Shown here: in pieces, positions 39,901 through 51,834 of the stretch
How positions within the stretch are numbered: position 1 is the first letter of the stretch
Layout: every line of letters starts with the position of its first letter
Origin: Octopus bimaculoides
Taxonomy: Eukaryota
Length of the DNA stretch: 55,184 bases
Reading direction: 5' to 3'
NCBI RefSeq assembly: GCF_001194135.2
Contig: NC_068981.1
Location: forward strand, 76,359,164 to 76,414,347
The notes under the pieces: generated by a model
What the model was told of the DNA's origin: nothing
Database searches by the model: none
What the model saw: the letters and a program-made list of their open reading frames with translations, nothing else
Program-made: the position numbers and the translations under genes

Positions 39901-40500
39901 ATCCATATATATTTTATCCATATGTGTGTGTGTGTGTATATGTATGTGTATGTGTGTATGTGTAAATGCAATGTATTTCTGCACAGATTCGTTCTTCTAA
40001 ATTGTACTTAGATGTAATGATCACTTTGAAAATCTATTAGAACAAACGTTTACTTGGACTGAAAAGTTGTTATATATCGTAATCTTTGCACTGTATTTAT
40101 AATGGCATGAGACAAAAAGGTACACTTTTAATTTACAGTGGAGAGACATGAGAAATAATTTTTCTCCCCTGAAAGCACGTTCCTCAATTTGTGAGAGGGT
40201 GGCTTAGTGATCACGGTGATGCACTCACAATCGCGAGATCGTGGTATCATTTCTAGGACCGGCGCTGCGTTGTGTTCTTGAGCAAAACACTTCATGTAGC
40301 GTTGGTTTGCTTTCACTTCGGTATCTGACATGTGACACACCGTACACCTCTATAGCCAATGTCAATTTGATGTTGGGTGTAAGCTTACATACAGCACAAA
40401 CAGTTAACCACTATATACAGATTGTAAAGACTGTTAAGCAAGAAATTGTAGAATCATATTTCTTAGAATTGAGAGTCTACCATGAAATTAAATAATATGA

Positions 40501-40575
40501 CCTACTGTATCTTTACACCACCTACAGTATATTTACACCACCTACTGTATAAATTACACCACATACAGTATATTT
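40501..40575. repeat. Minisatellite of about 20 bp, about 3.7 copies
   Basis: cctactgtatctttacacca cctacagtatatttacacca cctactgtataaattacacca catacagtatattt. Confidence 0.85.
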
Positions 40576-43500
40576 CCATTGAAACAGATGTACTTTGCTA
40601 AACATTATTGATACAAATGTTTATATAAGAAGACACACACATGCATAGACACACACGCACATACACACTTTAAACTGACAAATTCTAACCATAATGCATT
40701 TGTCATCCCAAATTCATAGTGAAAAGAAACTCACCAAAAAATTTTGCAGTGTTACCGAACCTAAAAGCACATACTAGTAAGGCTAATGTCTTGACACTAT
40801 ACTTATACCTACCTACTTTTTATTTTCATATATATATATATATATGCAGAGTTTGTGAATTGTTAATAGCGTATGTTGAGCGTGTATTGATCACCAGGTC
40901 TAACGTTGGTCGGTTTTACATAGTCTCATTTGTTAATTCTTAGGAAATTAAAATCAGAAATGTCAATAGCCGTCGATTATTGTAATCTATAGAATCTCGT
41001 GCTTCAATTAGTTTACACTATCATTACTCCGATTATTAAACAATTTATACTGGTAAACATTTTACTGATACGCCAGCTGATCATATAAATTAGATACAGC
41101 TTGACTGGTCTCTGTAAAGTTGATATCCACTAATAAACTAAGAGCTAGTAAATTGGTTTGTCTCCATAGGAAATTGAGACAATTAAGCTTTGTGATTTTG
41201 TAACTTGTTTGAAATATTGGAGCGAATCGTCTCTTAGATTTCTGATATCCAATCATTTATCATGATTGTGAATATTTATTTTATCAATATTCTTTGGCTA
41301 GATACACCCTGCATACCAAAAGCCGTTAGCAGAATTCACATTTCGATTTCAGTTCCATATTCGAAAGAAGTATACACTTTTAGTTTTTGAAGTAACCTGT
41401 CCAATGATAGCCAAAGCAAGCAGTTAGTTGTACACCTAAAAGTAATTTTATTGGTTAAACATTTATTGAGAAACATTTTAAATTTCAACAAATAATTATG
41501 TGCAATTACGTATATAGGAGAAAACAATCTTACAGAGGAGGTTAATTTACTCTCTTTGTACCTAATGCATTGCTATAGCCCGCAATCTGCTTACGTGCAT
41601 ATATTCATTACACAATTGTTTATTGTGCTCATATTTTTTAATGATCAATTGATTAATTAATTAGTTAATTGATCAATCAGTCAGGGACATGGATTATGAC
41701 TTATAATACTAACTTTATGATATTTTTTCAAGTTGATAGACAGGTAAGTTGAAGTCTATGATGTCCGAAGTATTAGACTCCGAAACCCAAATACATACGT
41801 CAACTAATTATCTTAGTGCCGCCATAGATATGCTAACATACAACAATTTTACCGAAGAAATAGCAATGAACTAGATTCATTAGGAAACTTTGTTTTGTCA
41901 TGTACATTGACATTTCTCTTGATTCACTCTGCACTTTGTACACGAATTTGTACTGGAATTTATTTAATTAATGCAACTTATAGATTACACTTCTGCTTGC
42001 ATATAGTTAATGCACATCCCGTTTTTATTCATGACATAAAAGGTACGAAAGTTTTATCAGTACTGTTAAAACCAAATTTCGTATAATAATAAATAAATTG
42101 CATAAATTTCATACTTTAATGCATAAATTATAATTAGGCGTATTAAATTATTTTAATCACACACGAAGCTAAATGTGGAGAGAAGGGAAATATGAAGAGT
42201 TCCATAATATTATTATGTTTTGCTCTCTGCAATTGCAGTCGTAACGAATTAAAATTAAAAATATAAGGAACTAACTATCCAGTGATCAACGAAATAGTAT
42301 AAAATTTGAAGAGTGCTTAAAAAATAACTATTAACGTAGATGCTATGATTTAAAAATTAGTTTAAGCTACAAAGTAAACCTAAGCGCAATAAGTAAGTGC
42401 ATCAATAAATCTATAATCTTTTTAATTCGATTCTAAGATAAACAGAATGAGAGATAAAACCTCACAGGATAATAATGTACACATAATTTAAATGACGTTC
42501 ATAAATATCATAGCAGTGCACAAATATAGGATATAAAATGTTGAGAGTGAAAACTTCATAAATGAAAATTTACTGCAATAGATTATGTATTAATTAAAAA
42601 AATTATATATTTAACAACCTCAGCCGTATCTAAGTTAGTTGCCTAATCGAGTGAATCAAATAAAAGACTATCAAATATATATAATTCTGCGAAATTTGAT
42701 ACAGAGAGCAGTTTCAAAATGGTTTAATATATTAAAAGCTACGACAACTATAATTAGATTGAAATGCAAATGCTATACGAGTCATTAATGATAACTAAAT
42801 GCAAACATTGTCAAACGAACCACGGAGCTGCTACTCTCAAAAGACGTCAAATTAATTAGTAAAGCGTATGTTGGTGACACCAATATAACAGAAGCCCAAC
42901 AAATATACAAAGGCATATATCATATATATAATCAAATAAATTCATACATGCACAAACACACACACACACTAATGCATACGTGTATGAAATCTATATATTA
43001 TAGAGACATACATGCATATATATATATATATATATATANNNNNNNNNNNNNNNNNNNNNNNNNNNNNNNNNNNNNNNNNNNNNNNNNNNNNNNNNNNNNN
43101 NNNNNNNNNNNNNNNNNNNNNNNNNNNNNNNNNNNNNNNNNNNNNNNNNNNNNNNNNNNNNNNNNNNNNNNNNNNNNNNNNNNNNNNNNNNNATATATAA
43201 AGGGTAAAATCGCGAACTATCTATAATATATCATTGGCGATTTTTTCTTCCGTCTTCCTTTTCTTTTGGACTTCCCTATGTCCAAAGGCGGACAAGAGAA
43301 ACAACAATTAGAAGGACAGGCAAAAAAAAAGACTTGGCCTTCTTTCTTCAGTCAAGTACCAGACGTCACGACTATTTCGGGCAGTTACATTTAAGATCGT
43401 TCTATTTGGTTGTCCCCCACCCCAAAGTCTAAGCTAAGAGCATTAGACCCCTTTGTAAGAAAGTTAGCGAATGTGTACGACAGCAATGACAAAAAAAAAA

Positions 43501-44606
43501 CGGAGAACATATATATACTTATATACTTATACGATGAATTAACATGGACTGTCGACATAATTTACAAGCAGAACCAGCATGACATTACATAACAATGCAA
43601 TTACAACCCGCCAGATTCTTTTCTGTGCTATTTCCATCAACGTCATTTCGCTGGGGAGAAATGAGACTACCCATGGCTTTAGAAAATGACATTTATCATT
43701 AGAGACCACATAAGTGATCAAGCGTAAGATACCTTGTTTGTGAAGCAAACTTCTTATATAGTCAGCAACATAGCATACCTCAGCTACCTAGCATACATTC
43801 TTCTCGGAAACTATTATTTAACTCACATTAATAGCAAAAACAATAATCTCCCGTGAGTCATGGAGCAGTATCAAACACGGAGCCACAAAGTTCCTAAACG
43901 AAATTCTTAAAGATGAAATCATATTATTTTTTTAACATTTCTTTCCTATCGTTTTACATATAATTTCCTATATATGAATGCATATATGTCGAAACTTGCG
44001 TGTAATGTATTTTGCATATATTTTACCGATAGAGAGAAGAATTGAGGTAAAAAGGAAAGAGACGCAACTGTGTTTTTAATTTTGATCTTCAATTATCTTC
44101 ATTCAGTTTCTTAGTTCTTTATTATACTGGCTGCAAGGAATTGATTATGTTCCATTATAATTGCATTAATTATATTTTTCAAGCATTCTAAATCGATAGG
44201 TTGATAATAAATGCTGCAGTCACTAATCATAGTGTTTCAAACACTATTTCATATCTAAAATGTTTACGATTATATGAATTGATTGCGATAATACCACTGA
44301 AATTAGTAATAGCATTATAATTGTGATATCTTAATTGGACACGAGGAAAATGTTATTCGAGAGAGGGCATAGACAATTTAATCGATCAACTATATTATTC
44401 CTAAATATCTCGTTAGTAAAAATGACATGATTTTATACTAAAAATCAGGTCAGATTCTGAAGCATCCAAATAATGTGTCGCGATAGTAGACAAATGGAAT
44501 ACACGGAAATCTATATCTTGAATCCTTTCGCGAAACCTACATTCTGAAAGTCCTCAGCAGCGAATTCCATACATTGATATAACTATGAAGGACGGTGTAC
44601 CTGTTG

Positions 44607-44683
<77 letters not shown>

Positions 44684-44684
<1 letters not shown>

Positions 44685-44836
44685 GTTCCAAACGTTTGGC
44701 TCAAGTACAGTAACTTTGGGAGAGGAGGTAAGTCAATTACATCCACCTCAGCGGAATTTGAACTCAGAACGCAAAATTGGACGAAATGCCGCTAGGCATT
44801 TTATCCAGCGTGCTAACGATTCTGCCAGCTCACCGC
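44684..44836 (-). mobile_element. SINE family A, internally shortened, with (ATT)n tail at 44605-44683
   Basis: cagcggaatttgaactcagaacg...gctaacgattctgccagctcaccgcc is the reverse complement of the family-A head. Confidence 0.85.
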
Positions 44837-44893
44837 CTTACTTACAATAATAATAATAATAATAATAATATTAATAATAATAATAATAATAAT

Positions 44894-45886
44894 AATGCCC
44901 ATAGTGAAGGCGCATGGCTCAGTGGTTAGAGCGTGGAGCTTACGATCGCGAGGTTGTGAGTTTGAATCCCGGACCGGGCTGTGCGTTGTGTTCTTCAGCA
45001 AGACACTAGTTCATGTCGCTCCGGTTCACTCAGCTGTAGAAATGTGTTGCGACGTCACATGTACCAAGCTGTATCGGCCTTTGCCTTTCCTTTGCATAAC
45101 ACTGGTGGCGTGGAGAGGGGAGGCTAGTGTGCATGGGCGACTCCTGGTGTTCCATAAAAACAAACTTGCCCGGACTTGTGCCTCGGAAGGAAACTTTCTA
45201 GGTGCAGTCTCATGGTCAGTGATGACCGAAGGGGGTTCTCAGCAATGCCCATATCACGAACGAATGCCCTAGGCGTGCCCAAAACCATTACCAGTTGTGG
45301 CGACACGACTAGGTAGCCAAAGTGCTACATTGGAAACTGTGCGAAAAATGGGGGCTAGAGACAGGCAAGATGTAGTATGAGTACAAACTGCAGAGAGTGG
45401 CAGAGTTGGAGTCTAGCAAAATCCTCTGGGATTTCCGAATCCAAACAGATCAGGCGCTTGAGCATAACAGACCGGACCTAATGGTGGTGGACAACGTACA
45501 CCAAATATGCTATATGGTTGACGCTTCATGGCCCTTTGACCCACGAATAGTCAAGAAGGATGACGAAAAGATAGATAGATACAATTCTCTTAAGTACAAA
45601 ATAGCCCGGCTATGGAAAATGAAGTAGGTAAAGAGAATGCCAATTAACTTCCGGGTCCTTGGGAACAGTATCAGAAGGCATAAAGAGGAATATAAAGGAA
45701 ATTGGAATAGAGTGCCCAGTGGAACTGTTACAAAATGTTTTCCTCCTTAACACGGCCAGAATAATCAGGGAAATATTGCTGAAAAGAACGAATAGCATGA
45801 TACCGTCGACTGCAGGTAGTAAGCCCGCTACTGCAAGACTCCAGGTCAGCCAACAAAACCTGTGATAAAGAGAAAATAATAACAAT
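44894..45886 (+). mobile_element. 5'-truncated R4/Dong-like non-LTR retrotransposon fragment (RLE endonuclease), interrupted near its 5' end by a SINE
   Basis: From 45244 it reads HITNECPRRAQNHYQLWRHD*VAKVLHWKLCEKWG...KILWDFRIQTDQALEHNRPDLMVVD...EKIDRYNSL...LGTVS...LLNTARIIREIL. This is a zinc-knuckle remnant plus a PD-(D/E)xK-type endonuclease. The 3' end is aaaataataacaat. Confidence 0.85.
44904..45243 (+). mobile_element. SINE family D (tRNA-derived) with 10-bp target-site duplication; decayed relative at about 40195-40380
   Basis: Head gtgaaggcgcatggctcagtggttagagcg...gtgagtttgaatcccgg. aatgcccata occurs at 44894-44903 and 45244-45253. Confidence 0.88.
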
Positions 45887-45899
45887 GTCCTGATGCAGC

Positions 45900-46470
45900 A
45901 CCGGGGTAAATGCTCTGATGCACTACCAGGTACTGGCCCTTATGGCTTCTGATCTCAACTGATTGGAAGTGTTATCATGTACATAGTTTTGTCTTGGTAT
46001 AAAAAGATGGGCTACAGCAAATATTCTGCTCAATACTACAGACTTGCTTGTCAGTTGTTGGACCTTAAGCAGTTGATCATGTCTCTTAGTAGCTGATATT
46101 ATCTACATCGCTGATCACGAGCAGAAATAGCGAGGGAGCATCATTATGTGTTGAGAGAAATTCTTTGGGGTTTGAATAATTCACCTATGGAAACATGGGT
46201 GTCTAGTTCAACATCCTTAAACAACTATTGTTCAGGGTCCTTTTGAGCGGGATGGGCGACTCGACCTGAAGAAAATTCTAACTAGGCCCCACTTTCAAGG
46301 TCAAGCGCTGTTTATTTTCATAAGAGATCACTATGTCGCGCACATATGGTTGTGATGCATGTGCCTGGTGTACCCTTATCAGACAGGTAGTCCTGATGGT
46401 TATACTGGGCTTCGTATATTTTACCCCATTGTCACTTTGATGTCATGTACTGCTCCGTCACTCTATAGTA
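45900..46470 (+). repeat. Unclassified interspersed repeat, probably a retroposon 3' region, ending in a decayed (AAT)n
   Basis: Balanced-composition non-coding block ending ctgctccgtcactctatagtaagaataag. It is recalled as a common octopus repeat; not verified. Confidence 0.45.
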
Positions 46471-46525
46471 AGAATAAGAAAACGAATAAGAATAATAACA
46501 ATGATAATTATAATTATAATAATAA

Positions 46526-46742
46526 TCCTTTCTATTAAAGGCATAAGGCATGAAATTTTTTTTTTTGGTGGGGGGGAGCTAGTCGATTACGTCAACCTTA
46601 GTGTTTCACTGGTACTTAACTTATCGACCCTGAAATTATGAAAGACAGCGTTGATCTCAGCGGAATTTGAACCCAAAACGTAGCGACGGACGAAAGGCCG
46701 CCTAGTATTTTGCCCGGCATGCTAACGCATCTGCCAGCTCGC
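46526..46742 (-). mobile_element. SINE family A
   Basis: tcctttctatt...agtcgattacgtcaacc...tatcgaccctgaaattatgaaagacagcgttgatctcagcggaatttgaacc...ctgccagctcgc. Confidence 0.85.
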
Positions 46743-47029
46743 AGAATAAAAACAATCCGAGAAGCATTTTAATCTGTAAACATTTTCAAAAGTACTTTTA
46801 AATGTACATAATAGCTAACACCTTTTACTACCATCTTCAGCTCACACTATCTTCTTGTAATCAAATTACATTTAAATCAATCTTCTAATTATCTTATGTT
46901 GTCTCAGACATTCTCTAAAACAATAGTTTGTGCGAAATCAAAGATATGGCACTCTAGTTATAACACTAATTTGAACTTCTAGAAGGTGGAGGAGGGGGTG
47001 AAGAAGAAGAAAAGGAGGAGGGAAGGAAG

Positions 47030-47032
47030 AGG

Positions 47033-47100
<68 letters not shown>

Positions 47101-47160
47101 AAGAAGAAGAAGAAGAAGAAGAAGAAGAAGAAGAAGAAGAAGAAGAAGAAGAAGAAGAAG
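47030..47160. repeat. Compound microsatellite (AAT)n(GAA)n
   Basis: Direct reading. Confidence 0.97.
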
Positions 47161-47429
47161 AATGCCGATGATAATAATAACAATTTCTTTTAAAAATATG
47201 GGAAGGTGCGACTTAGGGTCTCTAACCTATGTTATGCAATAAGTTTTATTAAACAGAGGAAGAATGACCTAAAGGGCGTTGAAAGAAAAAAAAATGGTAC
47301 AAGAACGCAACAGACGACAATAAAAATTCGTACAGACAGACGATACAAAGACAGGTAGGAAAAACAACAAAAGGATGGACAAGAAAAAACAAGGAGGGCT
47401 CATTCGCAGCCCCTCGCGCACACGTGCGT

Positions 47430-47640
47430 GTCGTTGTGTCTGTGTTTGTTCCCCACCACCGCTTGACAACCGGCTTGGGTGATTTTACGTCCTCGCAATT
47501 TAGCGATTTGGGAAGGAGATCGATAGAATAATCTACCGGGCTTTAAATGAAAAGTGCTGGGAGTCGATTCATTCGACTAAAAGTTCTTCAAGTCGGTGCC
47601 CCAGCATCGCCGCAGTCTAATGACTGAAACAAGTCAAAGA
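47430..47640 (+). mobile_element. SINE family B, 3' half
   Basis: gtgtttgttccccaccaccgcttgacaaccgg...ctaatgactgaaacaagtcaaaga. Confidence 0.8.
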
Positions 47641-47716
47641 ATAATATATCTAGCATTAAGTGAAGCGCACTGTGGATAATTAATAGAAAGTTTATAGTAA
47701 TAAAGTGATAGAAATA

Positions 47717-48116
47717 GGCGCAGGAGTGGCTGTGTGGTAAGTAGCTTGCTTACGAACCACATGGTTCCGGGTTCAGTCCCACTGCGTGGCACCTTGGGCA
47801 AGTGTCTTCTACTATAGCCTCGGGCCGACCAAAGCCTTGTGAGTTGATTTGGTAGACGGAAACTGAAAGAAGCTCGTCGTATATATGTATATGTATATGT
47901 GTGTATGTATATGTTTGTGTGTTTGTGTTCCCCCCCCCAACATCGCTTGACAACTGATGCTGGCGTGTTTAGGTCACCGTAACGTAGCGGTTCGGCAAAC
48001 GAGACCGATAGAATAAGTACTAGGCTTACAAAGAATAAGTCCTGGGGTCGATTTGCTCGACTAAAAAGGCGGTGCTCCAGCATGAACACAGTCAAATGAC
48101 TGAAACCAGTAAAAGA
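47717..48116 (+). mobile_element. SINE family B, near-intact copy
   Basis: A-box-like tggctgtgtggtaag, B-box-like ggttcagtccc, a complete body and tail aaatgactgaaaccagtaaaaga. Confidence 0.92.
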
Positions 48117-48394
48117 AAAAAAAAGAGTAAATGCCATAGATACACAGTGGATCTATTTATTCATTTGTTACGGAACAGCACTGAAGATATTTCTTTCTGT
48201 TCCAGTGGTTACAATGAATATGAACGCACTCATATTCTTTTCTAGTCTAAGCCCAAGGCCAGAACGCGCTCATATTATCAGTGAGACATGATAACATGCT
48301 GTGAATTGTCCATGAATACATGCTAAGAATGCATAAAATAGTCCCTTGTGTTGAGCACCATATATTCAACTTAGTGAACGTGTGTTTATGCGTG

Positions 48395-48872
48395 ATAAGT
48401 GATCTAATGTGGCTAAGAATTGTTTTGACTCTTATTTCTAGCAATGCTGGTGCTGAGTAGCACCCTCAGTTACTTTAGTGACGACTATACTTGTATCTTT
48501 CGGTTGTAAATTGCGATTAGTCACCTTCATAATTTATAATTCTCACGTCACTATTTTCGGAATCAGTCAATGCTGCCTACGGTGTTCTTCTTAAGACTGA
48601 CAAGGTGAATTAAATTTTTAACACACGGCGACGGAGTAATGGGTGACAGACGAAGATTAATCACATCTGAAATCATCGATGATATGACTCCATCCCGCTT
48701 GCCGGAGGGAGCTTGTCACCTTTGTCAGTCGCTACATAAGTGCTCTCACGTGGTTAAATGTTGTTTTGACTCTCATTTCTAGCAACGCTGGTGCTGACTA
48801 GCACCCTAAGTCATATTAGTGACAAGTTTACGCGTGCCTTTCGGTTGTAAATTGCGAATTGCCACCTTCATA

Positions 48873-48876
<4 letters not shown>
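48395..48876. repeat. Two diverged direct repeats of about 140 bp (48395-48534, 48736-48876) around a spacer bounded by a short inverted repeat
   Basis: Both share ttgttttgactct(t/c)atttctagcaa(t/c)gctggtgctga(g/c)tagcaccc...ctttcggttgtaaattgcga...caccttcataattt. Inverted pair gactgacaaggtga (48595) and tcacctttgtcagtc (48716). Confidence 0.8.
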
Positions 48877-48918
<42 letters not shown>

Positions 48919-49207
48919 NNNNNNNNNNNNNNNNNNNNNNNNNNNNNNNNNNNNNNNNNNNNNNNNNNNNNNNNNNNNNNNNNNNNNNNNNNNNNNNNNN
49001 NNNNNNNNNNNNNNNNNNNNNNNNNNNNNNNNNNNNNNNNNNNNNNNNNNNNNNNNNNNNNNNNNNNNNNNNNNNNNNNNNNNNNNNNNNNNNNNNNNNN
49101 NNNNNNNNNNNNNNNNNNNNNNNNNNNNNNNNNNNNNNNNNNNNNNNNNNNNNNNNNNNNNNNNNNNNNNNNNNNNNNNNNNNNNNATATATATATATAT
49201 ATACATA

Positions 49208-50568
49208 AGTTAGATGATACAAAAAAGGGACAAGAAAAAACAAGGACGAGTCAGTCGGAGTTTTCTTTCGTCAACCAAGTTCCAAATTAGATTTGCAGTT
49301 TCAGCTGATTATACTCGAGACTGCTACAATCTGGCCAGCCCCAAGGAAGATCTCGCTAAGAGCACTAGATTCGTTGGAAGAAAGCAGCGAATGTATACGG
49401 AAACAAGGACGGAAAAAAACGGAGACATGGTACACTAATACAAATGCAAACACCAGGACATTAACAACAAGTGTATTTCGGCAAATGACGAATTAAATTA
49501 AGCTGGCGTGTGTGGAAGTGAAGCCTTACAGCAGGGGCATAAGAGATGACAGGCATGGGAAGGAATATAGATGTTGCACGGATGGTAGTCAAAGAAAGGT
49601 CAGGCTTGGCTTAACACCGGTCACGTGGAAGGAGAGGAGAGAGGTAGAGGCAGAGGGATAGAAGAATTAGGGAGGGACGAGAAAAAGAGAAAAGGATCAG
49701 AGTGAAGTGAAGGAGGAGGGAAGGTGAGAATGAAGGAAAGTCCAGGAAATGTAGGAGAGGGTGAGCGAAAGAAAGAAGAGTTGGCCAGATTGGTGCGGTC
49801 TTGAGTATAACCAGCCGAAACTGCAAATCTAATCTGGAACTCGACTGACGAAAGAAAACTCCGAATGACCCGTCCTTGTTTCTTCTTGTCTCTTTTTTGT
49901 ATCATCTAACGGTCTGGATGTTTTGCGTTCTTGTCCCATTTTTTGCATTCTTTTTATATACATATAGCGGCGTAAGTACACTTTGGTCTCTTATATGTAA
50001 GTACATATAATAATTAGTGTACATGTAAACACAAAAGTGGTGAGCCTTAGCAGGTCGCCTTACATACTAGAAGGAACATTCAAAAAATCCGAACCATAAT
50101 ATACATGCTAGGCCACTGGTAGGAATAATTTCTATAATTTTTCCTACCCTATATTAATTGTAAGTACGTANNNNNNNNNNNNNNNNNNNNNNNNNNNNNN
50201 NNNNNNNNNNNNNNNNNNNNNNNNNNNNNNNNNNNNNNNNNNNNNNNNNNNNNNNNNNNNNNNNNNNNNNNNNNNNNNNNNNNNNNNNNNNNNNNNNNNN
50301 NNNNNNNNNNNNNNNNNNNNNNNNNNNNNNNNNNNNNNNNNNNNNNNNNNNNNNNNNNNNNNNNNNNNNNNNNNNNNNNNNNNNNNNNNNNNNNNNNNNN
50401 NNNNNNNNNNNNNNNNNNNNNNNNNNNNNNNNNNNNNNNNNNNNNNNNNNNNNNNNNNNNNNNNNNNNNNNNNNNNNNNNNNNNNNNNNNNNNNNNNNNN
50501 NNNNNNNNNNNNNNNNNNNNNNNNNNNNNNNNNNNNNNNNNNNNNNNNNNNNNNNNNNNNNNNNNNNN

Positions 50569-50599
<31 letters not shown>

Positions 50600-51336
50600 T
50601 AAATTTTGTACAACTCTCTTATTCATTCACTCTTTCATTCTGTTTTTCTCTCTATCAGCCCCTTCACACTTCGTTCTGTCCTCTCTTCTTTCTTTCGCTC
50701 CTCTTCTCTCACATTTCCTGGCTTTTCCTTCATTCTCAGCTACCCTCCTCTTTCACTTCACTCTGACCCTTTTCTTTTTTTCTCTTCCCTCTCTAATTCT
50801 TCTATCATTCTGCCTCTAACTTTCTCCTCTCAGACCACGTGACCGGTGTTCGGCCAAGTCTGACCTTTCATTCTTGGTTTGACTACTATCCGTGCAACAT
50901 CTATATTCCTTCCCATACCTGTCATCGCATATGTCCCCGACGTAAGGCTTCACTTCCACACACGCCAGCTTAATTTAATTCGTCCTTAGTCGAAAAACAC
51001 GTGTTATTTGCATTTTTATTTGTGCATCATTTCTCCGTTTTTTAATCGTCTATGTTTTCGTATATATTCGCTGCTTTCTTCCTAGGAATCTAGTGCTCTT
51101 AGCTTAGATTTTCTTTAGGGCTGGCCAGATTGTAATAGTCTCGAGTATAGCCAGCCGAAACTGCAAATCTAATCTGGAACTTGACTGACGAAAGAAGACT
51201 CCGAATGACCCATCCTTGTTTTTTCTTGTCCCTTTTTTTGTATCATCTAACTGTTTGGATGTTTTGCGTTCTTGTCCTACTTTTTGTATTCTTTTTTAAA
51301 TACATGTAGCGGCGTACGTACACTTTGGTTTCTGAT
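49208..51336. repeat. Complex of an unclassified repeat: inverted copy 49208-49790, short direct copy 49792-49997, direct copy 50683-51336; further decayed copies at 43285-43510 and 47290-47407
   Basis: 49208-49790 aligns to the reverse complement of 50683-51252. 49792-49997 aligns directly to 51122-51336 (tggccagatt...cagccgaaactgcaaatctaatctggaac...gtatcatctaac). Confidence 0.88.
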
Positions 51337-51466
51337 ATATATATATATACATACACATATATATACATACACATACACAGTATACATACACAGTATACAT
51401 ATGATATACATATACATACACAGTATATGTGTGTGTGTGTATGTGTGTGTGTGTGTGTGCGTGTGT

Positions 51467-51563
51467 CGCAAGCACAGACCACATACCCAAGTACACGCAG
51501 ATATGTATAAAAAAAAATGTTATGCATATCTGCGTGTGCATGGGTATGTGGTCTGTGCTTGCG
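51467..51563. repeat. Near-perfect 44-bp inverted repeat with a 9-nt loop
   Basis: Arms 51467-51510 and 51520-51563 differ at only 3 positions. Confidence 0.95.
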
Positions 51564-51710
51564 CATGCCCGTCGTTATAATGCTAAGTGAATTATACAAC
51601 TTTCATATGCCCCAATAATAGAAAGTTATAAGTGTTTACTCCAAATGTTATTCATTAACTTATATTATATTTTTCCATATTTCATNNNNNNNNNNTGTCC
51701 TAAACTTATT

Positions 51711-51764
<54 letters not shown>

Positions 51765-51775
51765 GTCTGTCTGTA

Positions 51776-51834
<59 letters not shown>

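Noticed and set aside
40501-40575. Short regularly spaced repeats as a CRISPR-like array
   Set aside because: They are head-to-tail tandem units without unique spacers, in a eukaryotic context with no cas genes. This is an ordinary minisatellite.
41733-41749. Consensus donor CAG|gtaagt after ttttttcaag
   Set aside because: It implies an 11-nt, frame-shifting exon with no corroboration.
49470-49545. CTGAYG(T)AAGGC...GCCGAAA plus a palindrome, as a hammerhead in the 49-51 kb repeat (also at about 50935-51005)
   Set aside because: The core has mismatches and an insertion in both copies, and no stem I can be formed. It is kept only as weak context for that finding.
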